Part shown: positions 41,362 to 50,335 of the stretch, one piece after another
Layout: every line of letters starts with the position of its first letter
Numbering within the stretch: the first letter of the stretch is position 1
Assembly (NCBI GenBank): GCA_050184475.1
Contig: JBFXAH010000007.1
Span: 136,328-200,327, forward strand
Direction: 5' to 3'
DNA length: 64,000 nucleotides
DNA from: Pirellulales bacterium
Lineage (GTDB): Bacteria > Planctomycetota > Planctomycetia > Pirellulales > JAEUIK01
Notes under the pieces: model-generated
Seen by the model: the letters and a program-made list of their open reading frames with translations, nothing else
Told to the model about the DNA's origin: nothing
Database searches by the model: none
Made by a program: the position numbers and the translations under genes

Positions 41362-41766
41362 GTGGAATTTTCGATCAGCCCAGCGACCGGCACGCCGATC
41401 TACCAGCAACTGGTCGAGCAGGTGCGCGCGGCCGTGGCGCGCGGCCGGTTGCGTCCCGACGAGCGGTTGCCGTCGGTGCGCGAGCTATCGCAGTTGCTGG
41501 TCGTCAATCCGAATACGATCGCGCGGGCTTACACCGAGCTGGAGCGCGAGGGCGTGCTCTACACGCGGCCAGGGCTGGGAGTATTTGTCGCTGCCACGCC
41601 AACGCCCGTCGCCAAGCGCGTCCGCCGCGAACGGCTGTTGGAGCAACTAGACAGCGTGCTCGTCGAAGCGGTGCGACTGGGGTTTGCCGCCGAAGAGTTG
41701 CTCGAGCTCGTCGAAGAACGTGCCAAGCAGTTTCAATGGAATACCGCAGCGACACGAACCAATTGA
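41362..41766 (+). CDS. GntR-family transcriptional regulator, YtrA subfamily
   Basis: The GTG start gives (M)EFSISPATGTPIYQQLVEQVRAAVARGRLRPDERLPSVRELSQLLVVNPNTIARAYTELEREGVLYTRPGLGVFV, followed by a short two-helix C-terminus. At about 134 aa it is typical of YtrA-like regulators. Confidence 0.85.
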   Translation: MEFSISPATGTPIYQQLVEQVRAAVARGRLRPDERLPSVRELSQLLVVNPNTIARAYTELEREGVLYTRPGLGVFVAATPTPVAKRVRRERLLEQLDSVLVEAVRLGFAAEELLELVEERAKQFQWNTAATRTN

Positions 41767-41866
41767 GCCAGCCAAGAGAGGTTTTCGCATTCAGCCCTGC
41801 CGCCGGACTTCACGCGGCGACGGGGGACTACGGAACATCGAGAAGCGCACACGTTGAGAACGAATC

Positions 41867-42790
41867 ATGTCCGACCCCGTCGTGATCGAGCGATTGACCA
41901 AGCACTACGGACCTCGGCGCGTCGTCGATCAAGTGTCGTTGCGCGTGCCGGCCGGCTGTGTTTACGGCTGCCTGGGGCGCAACGGCGCCGGCAAGAGCAC
42001 GCTGATCAAAATGCTGATGGGGCTCGTGCAGCCCGATGCCGGCAGCGCCAAGCTGCTGGGAGACGACATCGCCGCCTTGCGGCCGGCGACGCGGGCCCGC
42101 ATTGCCTACCTGGCCGAGGGACACCCGCTCTATCGCGGCATGACGATCCAACAGGCGGCCCGCTTCACGCGGCGATTCTACCCCACCTGGCACGAGAACT
42201 TCATGCAGCAAGTGCTCGACCACTTCAAACTGTCACTGCGGCAAAAAATCTCGCGGCTGTCGAACGGGCAGCGGGCCCAGGTGTCGCTGGCATTGGCATT
42301 GGCTCCCGACCCCGAGTTGTTGATCCTCGACGACCCGACCTTGGGGCTCGATACCGTCGTGCGGCGCGACTTTCTCGAATCGATGATCCGACTGATTCAA
42401 GGCTCGGGGCGCACGATACTGCTGAGCTCGCACGTGCTGGGAGACATCGAACGGGTCGCCGATCGCATCGGCATCATGGTCGATGGCGTGCTGCGGGTTG
42501 ACGCCCCCACCGAGACGTTCAAGCAATCGCTGCGACGCGTGGTGCTCGAGTTCATCGGCAGCGTTCCGCCGATACCCTCACTGGCCGGGCTGGTCAATCA
42601 GCGGCAATTCGGCGGCAAGCTCGAACTGGTCGTGGTCGACTTCGGGGATGAGCAACGGGCGATTCTCGAAGGGCTGGGAGCCACGGCGATCGACGTGTTG
42701 GACATGAATCTCGAGGACGCCTTCATCGCCTACACGCGCGGCGAGTCGCGATCGTTGCCCAGCTTTGAACGGGAGTTGGCGGCATGCTGA
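41867..42790 (+). CDS. ABC transporter ATP-binding protein
   Basis: GRNGAGKSTLIKML, LSNGQRAQVSLALAL and LLILDDPTLGLD motifs are present. The stop overlaps the next gene's start (ATG 42784). Confidence 0.92.
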   Translation: MSDPVVIERLTKHYGPRRVVDQVSLRVPAGCVYGCLGRNGAGKSTLIKMLMGLVQPDAGSAKLLGDDIAALRPATRARIAYLAEGHPLYRGMTIQQAARFTRRFYPTWHENFMQQVLDHFKLSLRQKISRLSNGQRAQVSLALALAPDPELLILDDPTLGLDTVVRRDFLESMIRLIQGSGRTILLSSHVLGDIERVADRIGIMVDGVLRVDAPTETFKQSLRRVVLEFIGSVPPIPSLAGLVNQRQFGGKLELVVVDFGDEQRAILEGLGATAIDVLDMNLEDAFIAYTRGESRSLPSFERELAAC

Positions 42791-43440
42791 AAACCATGCT
42801 TTGGAAAGAAGCTCGCGACCTGCGAGGTTGGTTCGTCCTGGCGGTCGTGCTGCAGCTTTACCTGGCGGGCGTGGCGACGGGGCTCGAGTTCGGGCCGTTG
42901 CGCTCCGCCCGCGGCATTCCGTTCATGAACGATTTCGTGACGTACTACTTCTTCGTGATTGCTTTTTCGTTTGCCGTCGTGGCCGGCATGTGGCAAACCT
43001 TGATGGAGTCGCTCCGCGGCACGTATGCGTTCTTGCTGCACCGCCCGGCCCCGCGCAGCCAGTTGTTCGGCGTGAAGCTGCTGGTGGGCGGTGCGGCAAC
43101 CGTCTTCGTGACGGTGCTTCCGCTGCTGATCTATTCCCTCTGGGCGGCGACGCCCGGCACGCATGCCAGTCCGTTCTTCTGGTCGATGAGCTGGTGGGCC
43201 TGGAACCTGGCGGCGGCCATTCCGCTGGTCTACCTGGGGGCTTTCTTAAGCGGCCTGCGGCCGGCGCGCTGGTTTGGCAGCCTGTTGTTTCCGCTGGCGG
43301 GCACGGTGATGTTCGTGGTGCTCATGCAGGGGCTGTTGGCCACCTGGGTTTGGCCAATCAGCGTGCCGCTGAGCCTGCTGCTGGAGGCAGCCCTGGTGGT
43401 GGTGATTCTGTACGTGGCCGCGACGCGCGACTATTCGTGA
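42784..43440 (+). CDS. ABC-2-type permease-like membrane protein
   Basis: 218 aa with six hydrophobic segments and an ESLRGTYAFLLHRPAPRSQL motif resembling ABC-2 permeases. It is translationally coupled to the ATPase gene. Confidence 0.65.
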   Translation: MLKTMLWKEARDLRGWFVLAVVLQLYLAGVATGLEFGPLRSARGIPFMNDFVTYYFFVIAFSFAVVAGMWQTLMESLRGTYAFLLHRPAPRSQLFGVKLLVGGAATVFVTVLPLLIYSLWAATPGTHASPFFWSMSWWAWNLAAAIPLVYLGAFLSGLRPARWFGSLLFPLAGTVMFVVLMQGLLATWVWPISVPLSLLLEAALVVVILYVAATRDYS

Positions 43441-43465
43441 GCGATGATTTCGAGTTTCTGACCGA

Positions 43466-44926
43466 GTGCTTTGCGAGGCGAGGCCTGCTGTGAGCTCCCT
43501 ATCACGACGACGATTGTTCTCGTCCTTAGTGCTGGCCCTGGTGCTCGGCGCCGGAGCGTTGTTGACCTGGACCGTGGCCGCGATGTGGGTCGTCAGCCTG
43601 GTCGAAGAATGGGTTCGCGCCGGAAAACCCTATGTGTCGCTGGTGATCACGCGCGACGGGGAACCACTACTGTCGTGGAACGAATACAATTCGCTTTCGC
43701 GAACGACGTTCTACCGCACGCTCGATGGTCGCAACCTGCCAACCGACGGCAAGACCATTGCCATGGCTCAGTCGACTTACTTGCGGGTACCCGATGCAAA
43801 GCTCCAGATCCTTTCCTGGAGCGAGCGGATCAACGCCTTTCAAGCGGGCCCCGGAGAGCGCCGCGAACAATGGTTTCTGGTTCACGACGGTCGCCTGCCA
43901 GGACACGTCTACCTGGAGGGCTACGACGAAATCTCGAAGTCGGTCATCGGCTATCTGGACCGCGACGGCTACCGGCTCGACAAACCGCCGCTCGATGCGC
44001 AGTTCGTCGTCGATCGCCCACTGGGCTACCAGAACGGGCTGTACGCTGTCGCGCCGGGGATTCGATTGCAAAACCACATGCTGGCGTACCCCGCGGCGCT
44101 CGACTCCAACGCTACCGATTCGTTGCTGTACCTGATTGCCAACGACGGCCTGCATTCGATCAACCTGGACCAGCGCACGATCTCCGCCGTGGATCTGCCA
44201 GAACGTCCACTGTCGGTAGCCCATCTCGCGATTCCCGTCGTGGTCAAGGTTCCGCCGGAAGAGGGGCAAGAAGAACGTAGCATCGAGATCAACGAACCTC
44301 GCGTGGTCGTGCGGCTGACAGACAACGTGCTGATGCTGGATCGACAGGGCCGCACGCTGTTGACCACGCCGCTGCCGGCCGCAGCGCGCGACGAGTCGGT
44401 GACCTACCATTTGTGCGCGAACAATCGGGTCGTGATGGAGGTCAATCGGGCGGTCTTCGCGCGTAAGCCTGAGCTGTTCTGGTACGACGCCGAAGGGACG
44501 CAAACCGCCAGCCGCCAGGTGGAACTGCCTGACTTTTGGAGCGGCCGTCCCATGTTCTGGTTGATGGGGTTGATCTATCCCACCCCGGCGGTGGTGGCGT
44601 TCATCTATTATGTGGCTCCGCGCCAATACACGGCGGTCGAGCTGTGGCCGGCGATCGTGATTCTCCTGGTGTTCTCCATCGTGTCGGCCGTCGTCGTGTA
44701 TCGACATGCCAAACGCTATGCACAACCCGGTGCCGCGGCTTGGGCCGCGTTCGCCCTGGTGTTCGGACTGCCAGTGCTCGCTGGCTATTGGCTGCATCGC
44801 GCGTGGCCGCATCGCGAACACTGCCGGAGCTGCGGCGAGCTCGTGCCCCGCGATCGCCTGGCATGCGCAATTTGTAGCACCGATTTCGTACCCCCCGCGC
44901 GCACGGGGATCGAAGTCTTCGCTTGA
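43466..44926 (+). CDS. hypothetical membrane protein with large extracytoplasmic domain and C-terminal zinc-ribbon
   Basis: One N-terminal TM segment is followed by about 330 aa of soluble region, three C-terminal TM segments and CRSCGELVPRDRLACAICST (CxxC...CxxC). The start is either GTG 43466 or GTG 43490. Confidence 0.6.
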   Translation: MLCEARPAVSSLSRRRLFSSLVLALVLGAGALLTWTVAAMWVVSLVEEWVRAGKPYVSLVITRDGEPLLSWNEYNSLSRTTFYRTLDGRNLPTDGKTIAMAQSTYLRVPDAKLQILSWSERINAFQAGPGERREQWFLVHDGRLPGHVYLEGYDEISKSVIGYLDRDGYRLDKPPLDAQFVVDRPLGYQNGLYAVAPGIRLQNHMLAYPAALDSNATDSLLYLIANDGLHSINLDQRTISAVDLPERPLSVAHLAIPVVVKVPPEEGQEERSIEINEPRVVVRLTDNVLMLDRQGRTLLTTPLPAAARDESVTYHLCANNRVVMEVNRAVFARKPELFWYDAEGTQTASRQVELPDFWSGRPMFWLMGLIYPTPAVVAFIYYVAPRQYTAVELWPAIVILLVFSIVSAVVVYRHAKRYAQPGAAAWAAFALVFGLPVLAGYWLHRAWPHREHCRSCGELVPRDRLACAICSTDFVPPARTGIEVFA

Positions 44927-44987
44927 GAACAATGGCCCGCCGATTCGATCCGTACTCGGCCACGAACTAAGTCCGCGATACGCGCGG

Positions 44988-45989
44988 TTACTTCGCCGCC
45001 GGCCAGCGCAGCTCGGCCTCGACCGCCGAATGGTCGGACAGCGCGCCGACTTTCTCGTCGAGATAAGGATTGACGCGAATCGCCTTCAGCTCGAGCCCGC
45101 CGCCGGCCGCCGGATTCGACAAAAAGATCATGTCGATGCGGCTGCCGCGTTCGACGTCCTCCTGATTAGTCGTGCCGCCGTGGCTGTCGTGCAATTGCGG
45201 CCAGAGGTCGACGAACGGAGCGTCGGGCCGGGCATCGTCGAAGAGTTTCTTCATGCGGTGGTACGGGGCGTCGTCTTTCGCGCGGTCCTCGGCGTCGCCA
45301 TGCGTGTTGAAGTCTCCCATCACGATGGCCGGACAGGCGGGTGAGGCATGCTCGCGAATAAACTCAGCCAGCTCCGGATATTGCGTCTCGCGAATCTCGT
45401 CGGCACGGGCCTCGAGGTGCGTAATGAACAGATCGAGGCAACCGTCCGGCTCGCCGGCCGCGGCACGTTCGGCCGCTTGCGCATCACGGGCGATGCGGGC
45501 GTGCAGCGCCCCTTTGGCCGCAAAGCCATCGGCCAGCACGCCGTATTTCTTCGGGCTGCTCCCCTGGCTGTAGGTCAGCGTGTGGGTTTCGACCAGCGGG
45601 CGCCGCGTGGCGATGGCCAGACCACCGTTGAAGCGTCCGTCGGTCGGCTGCGGGCTAATGCAATCGTGAAACGCGTCGCCCCAGGCTTTGCGCAGTCCAT
45701 CGAGGAGCGTTTCGCGCGGGCGGCGCTCGAAAACTTCGTTCAAGCCGACGGCGTCGAACACCGCCAGCTTCTCGCCGATCATTTTGGCCCGATAGAGCGG
45801 CTCGTTGCGCTTGTTGGCCAGCGCCGCGATGCCCGGCAGGAACTGCACGTTGTAGGTAATGATACGCAACGTCTCGGGAGTTGACTCGGCGGGCGAGCTG
45901 TCAGCTTCGTCCGCCCAAGTCGGCCGCACCGCCAGCGTGAGAGCCGCGAACGACGCGAGGATGATACCGACCGTTTTGTTTAGTCGCAT
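44988..45989 (-). CDS. endonuclease/exonuclease/phosphatase (EEP) family protein, secreted
   Basis: A signal peptide is present, with IITYNVQFLPG, GLNEVF, VMGDFNTHGD and SDHSAVEAEL motifs. Confidence 0.85.
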   Translation of the reverse strand: MRLNKTVGIILASFAALTLAVRPTWADEADSSPAESTPETLRIITYNVQFLPGIAALANKRNEPLYRAKMIGEKLAVFDAVGLNEVFERRPRETLLDGLRKAWGDAFHDCISPQPTDGRFNGGLAIATRRPLVETHTLTYSQGSSPKKYGVLADGFAAKGALHARIARDAQAAERAAAGEPDGCLDLFITHLEARADEIRETQYPELAEFIREHASPACPAIVMGDFNTHGDAEDRAKDDAPYHRMKKLFDDARPDAPFVDLWPQLHDSHGGTTNQEDVERGSRIDMIFLSNPAAGGGLELKAIRVNPYLDEKVGALSDHSAVEAELRWPAAK

Positions 45990-46028
45990 GTTCGCTTCTC
46001 CCCCCAGACTTGACCGTTAGAACGCCGC

Positions 46029-47039
46029 TCACTCGATTTCGACCACGGCTTCGCGGGCCCGACGCGTTGATGCTCCCCGCCACACGGCCATGTCGACTTC
46101 GTTGCGCGCGAAGCGCACCGAGCCATCGGCAAACAGCACGTTGACTCCGCCCGGATGCCGGCTGCGCGCCGCGCGCCATCCGTACGGTGTGTAGACCACT
46201 TCGGGGCCGCCGCTGAGCCGGACTCCGATACAGTCGAAGTCGGCATGATTCGGTGGATAGTAATGATTGTAAAGCGCGCAGCGCAGCTCGCCGCTGGCCC
46301 AGGCAAAGCCCCGTCGATTAGTCACATTCCAGCGCCGGGCGTTGGCGCACATGGCGTCGGTCACCGGGGCCACGGTCGAGAACTTATACGCCGTTTCGAC
46401 GTTGACCAGCGTGGGGTCGGCGGTGCTCTCGGGGCCATCACCCAGGGTGCTCTCCGACATCATCGCCGTATGCGAGGTGCCATCGACGATGTCCGCGGTG
46501 CGCGTCTCGGAGTTGACGTAGAAAATGCCGTCGGCGTCCAGCGGCGAACCGCCACCGCTGCCGCTGCCAGTGCAGGCCGCGTAGTTGGTCGGCCCGAATC
46601 CCTCGCCGACCACTTCGCCACGATCACTGGGGCACAGAAACAGCGGGATCACCAGCGCCACGCCCGTGGCGTTTTCGGGCGTGACCAGCAGGTTCGGACC
46701 GTAGAGCGGCAGTTCCAGCCGCAGGGCATTGTGCGCGGCAGTCTGTTCCAGAAAGGGGGTCAAGTGCGCCAGTGCCGACCAGCGGTAGAACGTATGCGGG
46801 TTGCCTGGCACGGCGGAGAACTGCCGAGACTCCGCCCCCGTGGGAAAGTGACCGCGGTCGCTGTAGAAATTCTGCGCGGCCGTGCCGAGCTGCCGCAGAT
46901 GACTGGCACACGACAACCTCCGGCCGGTCTCGCGCGCCATCTGAATGGCGGGCATCAACAACGCCACCAAAATGGCAATGATGGCGATGACCACCAAGAG
47001 TTCGACGATGGTAAAGCCGCGTCGGGGCATGCGGTGCAA
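46029..47039 (-). CDS. DUF1559 protein with prepilin-type N-terminal methylation motif (H-X9-DG family)
   Basis: RRGFTIVELLVVIAIIAILVALLMPAIQ is a type IV pilin-like leader. The C-terminal HPGGVNVLFADGSV is the H-X9-DG motif. Confidence 0.9.
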   Translation of the reverse strand: MHRMPRRGFTIVELLVVIAIIAILVALLMPAIQMARETGRRLSCASHLRQLGTAAQNFYSDRGHFPTGAESRQFSAVPGNPHTFYRWSALAHLTPFLEQTAAHNALRLELPLYGPNLLVTPENATGVALVIPLFLCPSDRGEVVGEGFGPTNYAACTGSGSGGGSPLDADGIFYVNSETRTADIVDGTSHTAMMSESTLGDGPESTADPTLVNVETAYKFSTVAPVTDAMCANARRWNVTNRRGFAWASGELRCALYNHYYPPNHADFDCIGVRLSGGPEVVYTPYGWRAARSRHPGGVNVLFADGSVRFARNEVDMAVWRGASTRRAREAVVEIE

Positions 47040-47066
47040 TCCATCACTCGAGTGGCCAGGACAATT

Positions 47067-48296
47067 TCAGCAACGCGTGGCGATGCGCCGACGACGCACG
47101 GCGATACCCAGGCCGCAGACGATCGCCACGGCTGCCAGCGTTCCAGTGGCGGGCTCCGGCACCGGCAGTGCGGCCGAGGCCAGCGCCGTCATCGTCGTGT
47201 AATGGTCGGCCCACACGATGTAGTCCAGTCCATCGACCTTCATGTCCGAATTGAAATCGCCGACGGCCGGTCCGAGCCGGACGGTTTGATTGTAGTGGTC
47301 GGCCCACGCGATGTAATCGAGACCGTTCGCCAGTCGGTCACCATTGGCATCACCGAGTTCCGGCAGCCAGGTGAACTGCCCTGGTTGCAGGGCGCCGCTG
47401 GTGATTTGCGTTGTGGTCAACTTGTGCGTGATGGGGTCTTCGTGATAGCGGAAGACGCCGCCACCGGTCAGTTGCGAAACCAGCAGGTCGCCGTTGTAGT
47501 CGAACTGCACGTCGGACGGAAAATCGATATTGAGAGTCCCCGGCACATACGGTGACAAGCCGGAGTTTGCCGAGCCATTGTCGCGCAAGATCGGCCCTGT
47601 CAACAAACTAGCGACGTAGAGTCGGTTGCTCGAGTCGAAGGCCAAACCGGCCGGAAAGCCCAACGCCGTGCCAGAAGCATAAACGCCGACGTACGATCCG
47701 CTCGACGTGAACTCGAGCACCTGGTCGCTCGCGGTCGCGCTCACGAAGAGATGTCCGTTCTTGCCGAATTCGATGAACGTCGGCCCGAACAACGGTACCG
47801 AACCCGAGGCCGAGGCAAACGTGCCGACATAGCGCGAAGCCGGACTCGACGCCCAGGGGTCGTAAACCTCGATACTCGTCCCGGCGAAGTTATCGAAGTT
47901 GGAAACGTACAAGTTGCCATCGGGGCCGACTTGAATATCCGATGGTCCCTGCAAGGCCCCGCCCGAGGCGAAGACGTCCTTGAAATTCCCGTTCCGATCA
48001 TAGCGGAGAATCTCGTTCTTGTTGCTGCTGGCGACGTACAGAAAACCGTCGGGACCGAACGTCACGCCAATCGGACCGTCGGGCATGGTGCCGCCGCCGA
48101 CGATGAACGAACCGAGCGGCGTGCCCGTGTTGCTGTACCGCAGCACGTCGTTGGTCAATTTGTCCGAAACCAGGATATCGGCGCGCGCGACCGCGCCCGC
48201 GGATAGCCACGCTACCAACACCGCGGCAAGCGCGGGTCGGCAAATCCGCGCGATCCGATCGCGACCGGAGCGCTGGGTCGAATGGGTTGGCGACAT
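47067..48296 (-). CDS. NHL-repeat beta-propeller protein with dockerin-like repeats and PEP-CTERM anchor
   Basis: I chose the inner ATG 48296. There are six NHL-like blades (LYVASSNKNEILRYDRNGN and similar). Two DxNxDxxVDGLDYIxWADHY repeats follow. The C-terminus is LPVPEPATGTLAAVAIVCGLGIAVRRRR. Confidence 0.75.
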   Translation of the reverse strand: MSPTHSTQRSGRDRIARICRPALAAVLVAWLSAGAVARADILVSDKLTNDVLRYSNTGTPLGSFIVGGGTMPDGPIGVTFGPDGFLYVASSNKNEILRYDRNGNFKDVFASGGALQGPSDIQVGPDGNLYVSNFDNFAGTSIEVYDPWASSPASRYVGTFASASGSVPLFGPTFIEFGKNGHLFVSATASDQVLEFTSSGSYVGVYASGTALGFPAGLAFDSSNRLYVASLLTGPILRDNGSANSGLSPYVPGTLNIDFPSDVQFDYNGDLLVSQLTGGGVFRYHEDPITHKLTTTQITSGALQPGQFTWLPELGDANGDRLANGLDYIAWADHYNQTVRLGPAVGDFNSDMKVDGLDYIVWADHYTTMTALASAALPVPEPATGTLAAVAIVCGLGIAVRRRRIATRC

Positions 48297-48636
48297 GCGG
48301 GTCGAGCCTCTGCGGGTCTCTCTGTTCCGTGGGGCGGTCGCGACGTTACGCGACGCCACCGATCGCAGGCGGGGGGGCTGGCGGCTTCGCCCGACTAGCG
48401 CATCGCGCGATGCGCCAATCGAGTCCGCTGGCGGGCGAATCGGAGTCTCACGTAGCCTAGCCAGGCGCACAGGGGGTCGCAAGCTGCGGTTGGGGGGGCG
48501 CGTACCGAGAAGCGTGACCTAGGATTGAGCTACCCAACGGGCCGCGGCCTGAGCCGCCCTGGCTGCCACGGGATTGACGATCCCTGGGCCATTTCTTAAC
48601 GTAACAGGTTCAGCCGCTTTAACCTGCCGCCGACAC

Positions 48637-48710
48637 GCCAGCGTAGCTTCAATTGGCAGAGCACCGCATTCGTAATGCGGGGGTTGTGGGTTCGACTCCC
48701 ACCGCTGGCT
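48637..48710 (+). tRNA. tRNA-Thr (anticodon CGT)
   Basis: Folded by hand. Acceptor GCCAGCG/CGCTGGC. D arm GCTT-CAATTGGC-AGAGC. Anticodon stem CCGCA/TGCGG with loop TTCGTAA. T arm GTGGG-TTCGACT-CCCAC. Discriminator T. Confidence 0.9.
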
Positions 48711-48925
48711 CTGATTTCAGCACCGCTTGGCCCTGGCGTGTGCCGCGGTGAAGGGGGTTGTTCGCCGCTTCGACTTTCCGCCAACTCGTCGGCTGGTGAC
48801 AACCGATGCGACTTTGGCCGTCTAGGCGGCTCCCAACGTCGCACAAAGGTGTTTGTTGCCAGGCACGAGAGCGGCATCGCCGATTCACGATCGCATACTA
48901 ATCCGTGTTGGAGGGAGAACTCTAG

Positions 48926-50254
48926 ATGTCCACAATGGCCAACGAGGTTGACCTGCGCGAACTCGTCCTGTCGAACGCGCCGTTTGGACCGCAAACGATC
49001 AGTCAGATCAGCGACACGCTGGCCACGGGTACAAATAGCTTTCGCGCTTTGCGCGACGCCGTGCAGGAATTGGAGCTCAAGCCGGATCATTCGCCGGCTA
49101 GTCGCCTGCGCCTGGGCGTCTGCTTGTACTTGTTGGGGCGATACCAGAAAGCCATGGAGAACTTGAACGAGTCGGACGGTGGTCCGCTTGCCCAGTTCTA
49201 TAAGGCCAAATGCTTGATGGGTCGCCAGATGTATGCCGAGGCGATCAAGGCTTTCGAGGCCGCGGCCACGGCCGGCTACCCGGCCGATGAGTGCGCCTTG
49301 GGGCGCGTCGATGCCCTGCGCTGCGGTGGGGACGCACAAGGGGCGCTGGCCGTGCTCGACAAGCTCTCGGGCGCCGTCGAACAATCGGCGGAATACCTGT
49401 ACCAGCGCGGCGCGACGATCGCCGCCCTGGGGGGCAACCCCACGGAAGTCTGCGCGTTGTACGAGCGCGCGGTGGAGCGAGATCCTCAGCATCCGGGCGC
49501 GCTGTTTGGTGCGGCACTTGAAAACGATCGTCGCGGCAACGACGACCTGGCGATCGAATACTACGAACGCAGCGTGGGGCGATTTCCGCCGCACCTCGGC
49601 TCGCTGATGAACCTGGGCATCCTCTATGAAGATCGCAATCAGTTCGATCGCGCCATGGCCTGCTTTCAACGCGTGCTCGAGGTCTTTCCCGATCACTGGC
49701 GCGCGCGCCTCTTCGCCAAGGACGTAAACGTCACCGGCGATGTCATCTTTGACGAGGACGCCCAGCGCCGTCGCGACAAAGTCAGCCAGATGCTCAATGT
49801 TCCGGTGACCGACTTCGAACTCTCGGTGCGCAGCCGCAACTGCCTGCAGAAGATGGGCATCATGACCTTGGGCGACCTGACGATCGTCACCGAAATGGAG
49901 CTGTTGAACAGCAAGAATTTCGGCGAGACGTCGCTCGTCGAAATCAAGGAGATGATGGCCTCCAAAGGTCTCTCCCTGGGCCAATTCGCCAGCGAGAAGG
50001 CCCGCCCCGAAGTGACCTACGAACCCGAGGCCATGTCGCCCGACGAACAGGCGCTGCTGGGCCGGCCCATCTCCGACTTGAACCTCTCGGTGCGGGCGCG
50101 CAAATGCATGATCCGCCTCGGGCTGTCGACAATCGGCGAATTGGTGCGGCATACCGGCGATGAGCTGCTGGAGTGCAAGAACTTCGGCGTCACGAGCCTC
50201 AACGAAGTGCGCGAGAAGCTGACGACACACGGATTGCGGTTGCGCGGCGACTGA
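48926..50254 (+). CDS. TPR-repeat protein with two C-terminal RNA polymerase alpha-subunit CTD-like domains
   Basis: 442 aa. The N-terminal ~280 aa are TPR-like. Two segments then closely resemble the RpoA alpha-CTD: DFELSVRSRNCLQKMGIMTLGDLTIVTEMELLNSKNFGETSLVEIKEMMASKGLSLG and DLNLSVRARKCMIRLGLSTIGELVRHTGDELLECKNFGVTSLNEVREKLTTHGLRL. Confidence 0.85.
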   Translation: MSTMANEVDLRELVLSNAPFGPQTISQISDTLATGTNSFRALRDAVQELELKPDHSPASRLRLGVCLYLLGRYQKAMENLNESDGGPLAQFYKAKCLMGRQMYAEAIKAFEAAATAGYPADECALGRVDALRCGGDAQGALAVLDKLSGAVEQSAEYLYQRGATIAALGGNPTEVCALYERAVERDPQHPGALFGAALENDRRGNDDLAIEYYERSVGRFPPHLGSLMNLGILYEDRNQFDRAMACFQRVLEVFPDHWRARLFAKDVNVTGDVIFDEDAQRRRDKVSQMLNVPVTDFELSVRSRNCLQKMGIMTLGDLTIVTEMELLNSKNFGETSLVEIKEMMASKGLSLGQFASEKARPEVTYEPEAMSPDEQALLGRPISDLNLSVRARKCMIRLGLSTIGELVRHTGDELLECKNFGVTSLNEVREKLTTHGLRLRGD

Positions 50255-50335
50255 GGTTTCGCTCAGTTCGGATTGCAGACCGAGCATTTCCAGTGGTGCG
50301 CAACTTGTGTTCTGCGCCGCCAAGCGGGGTGTCCC

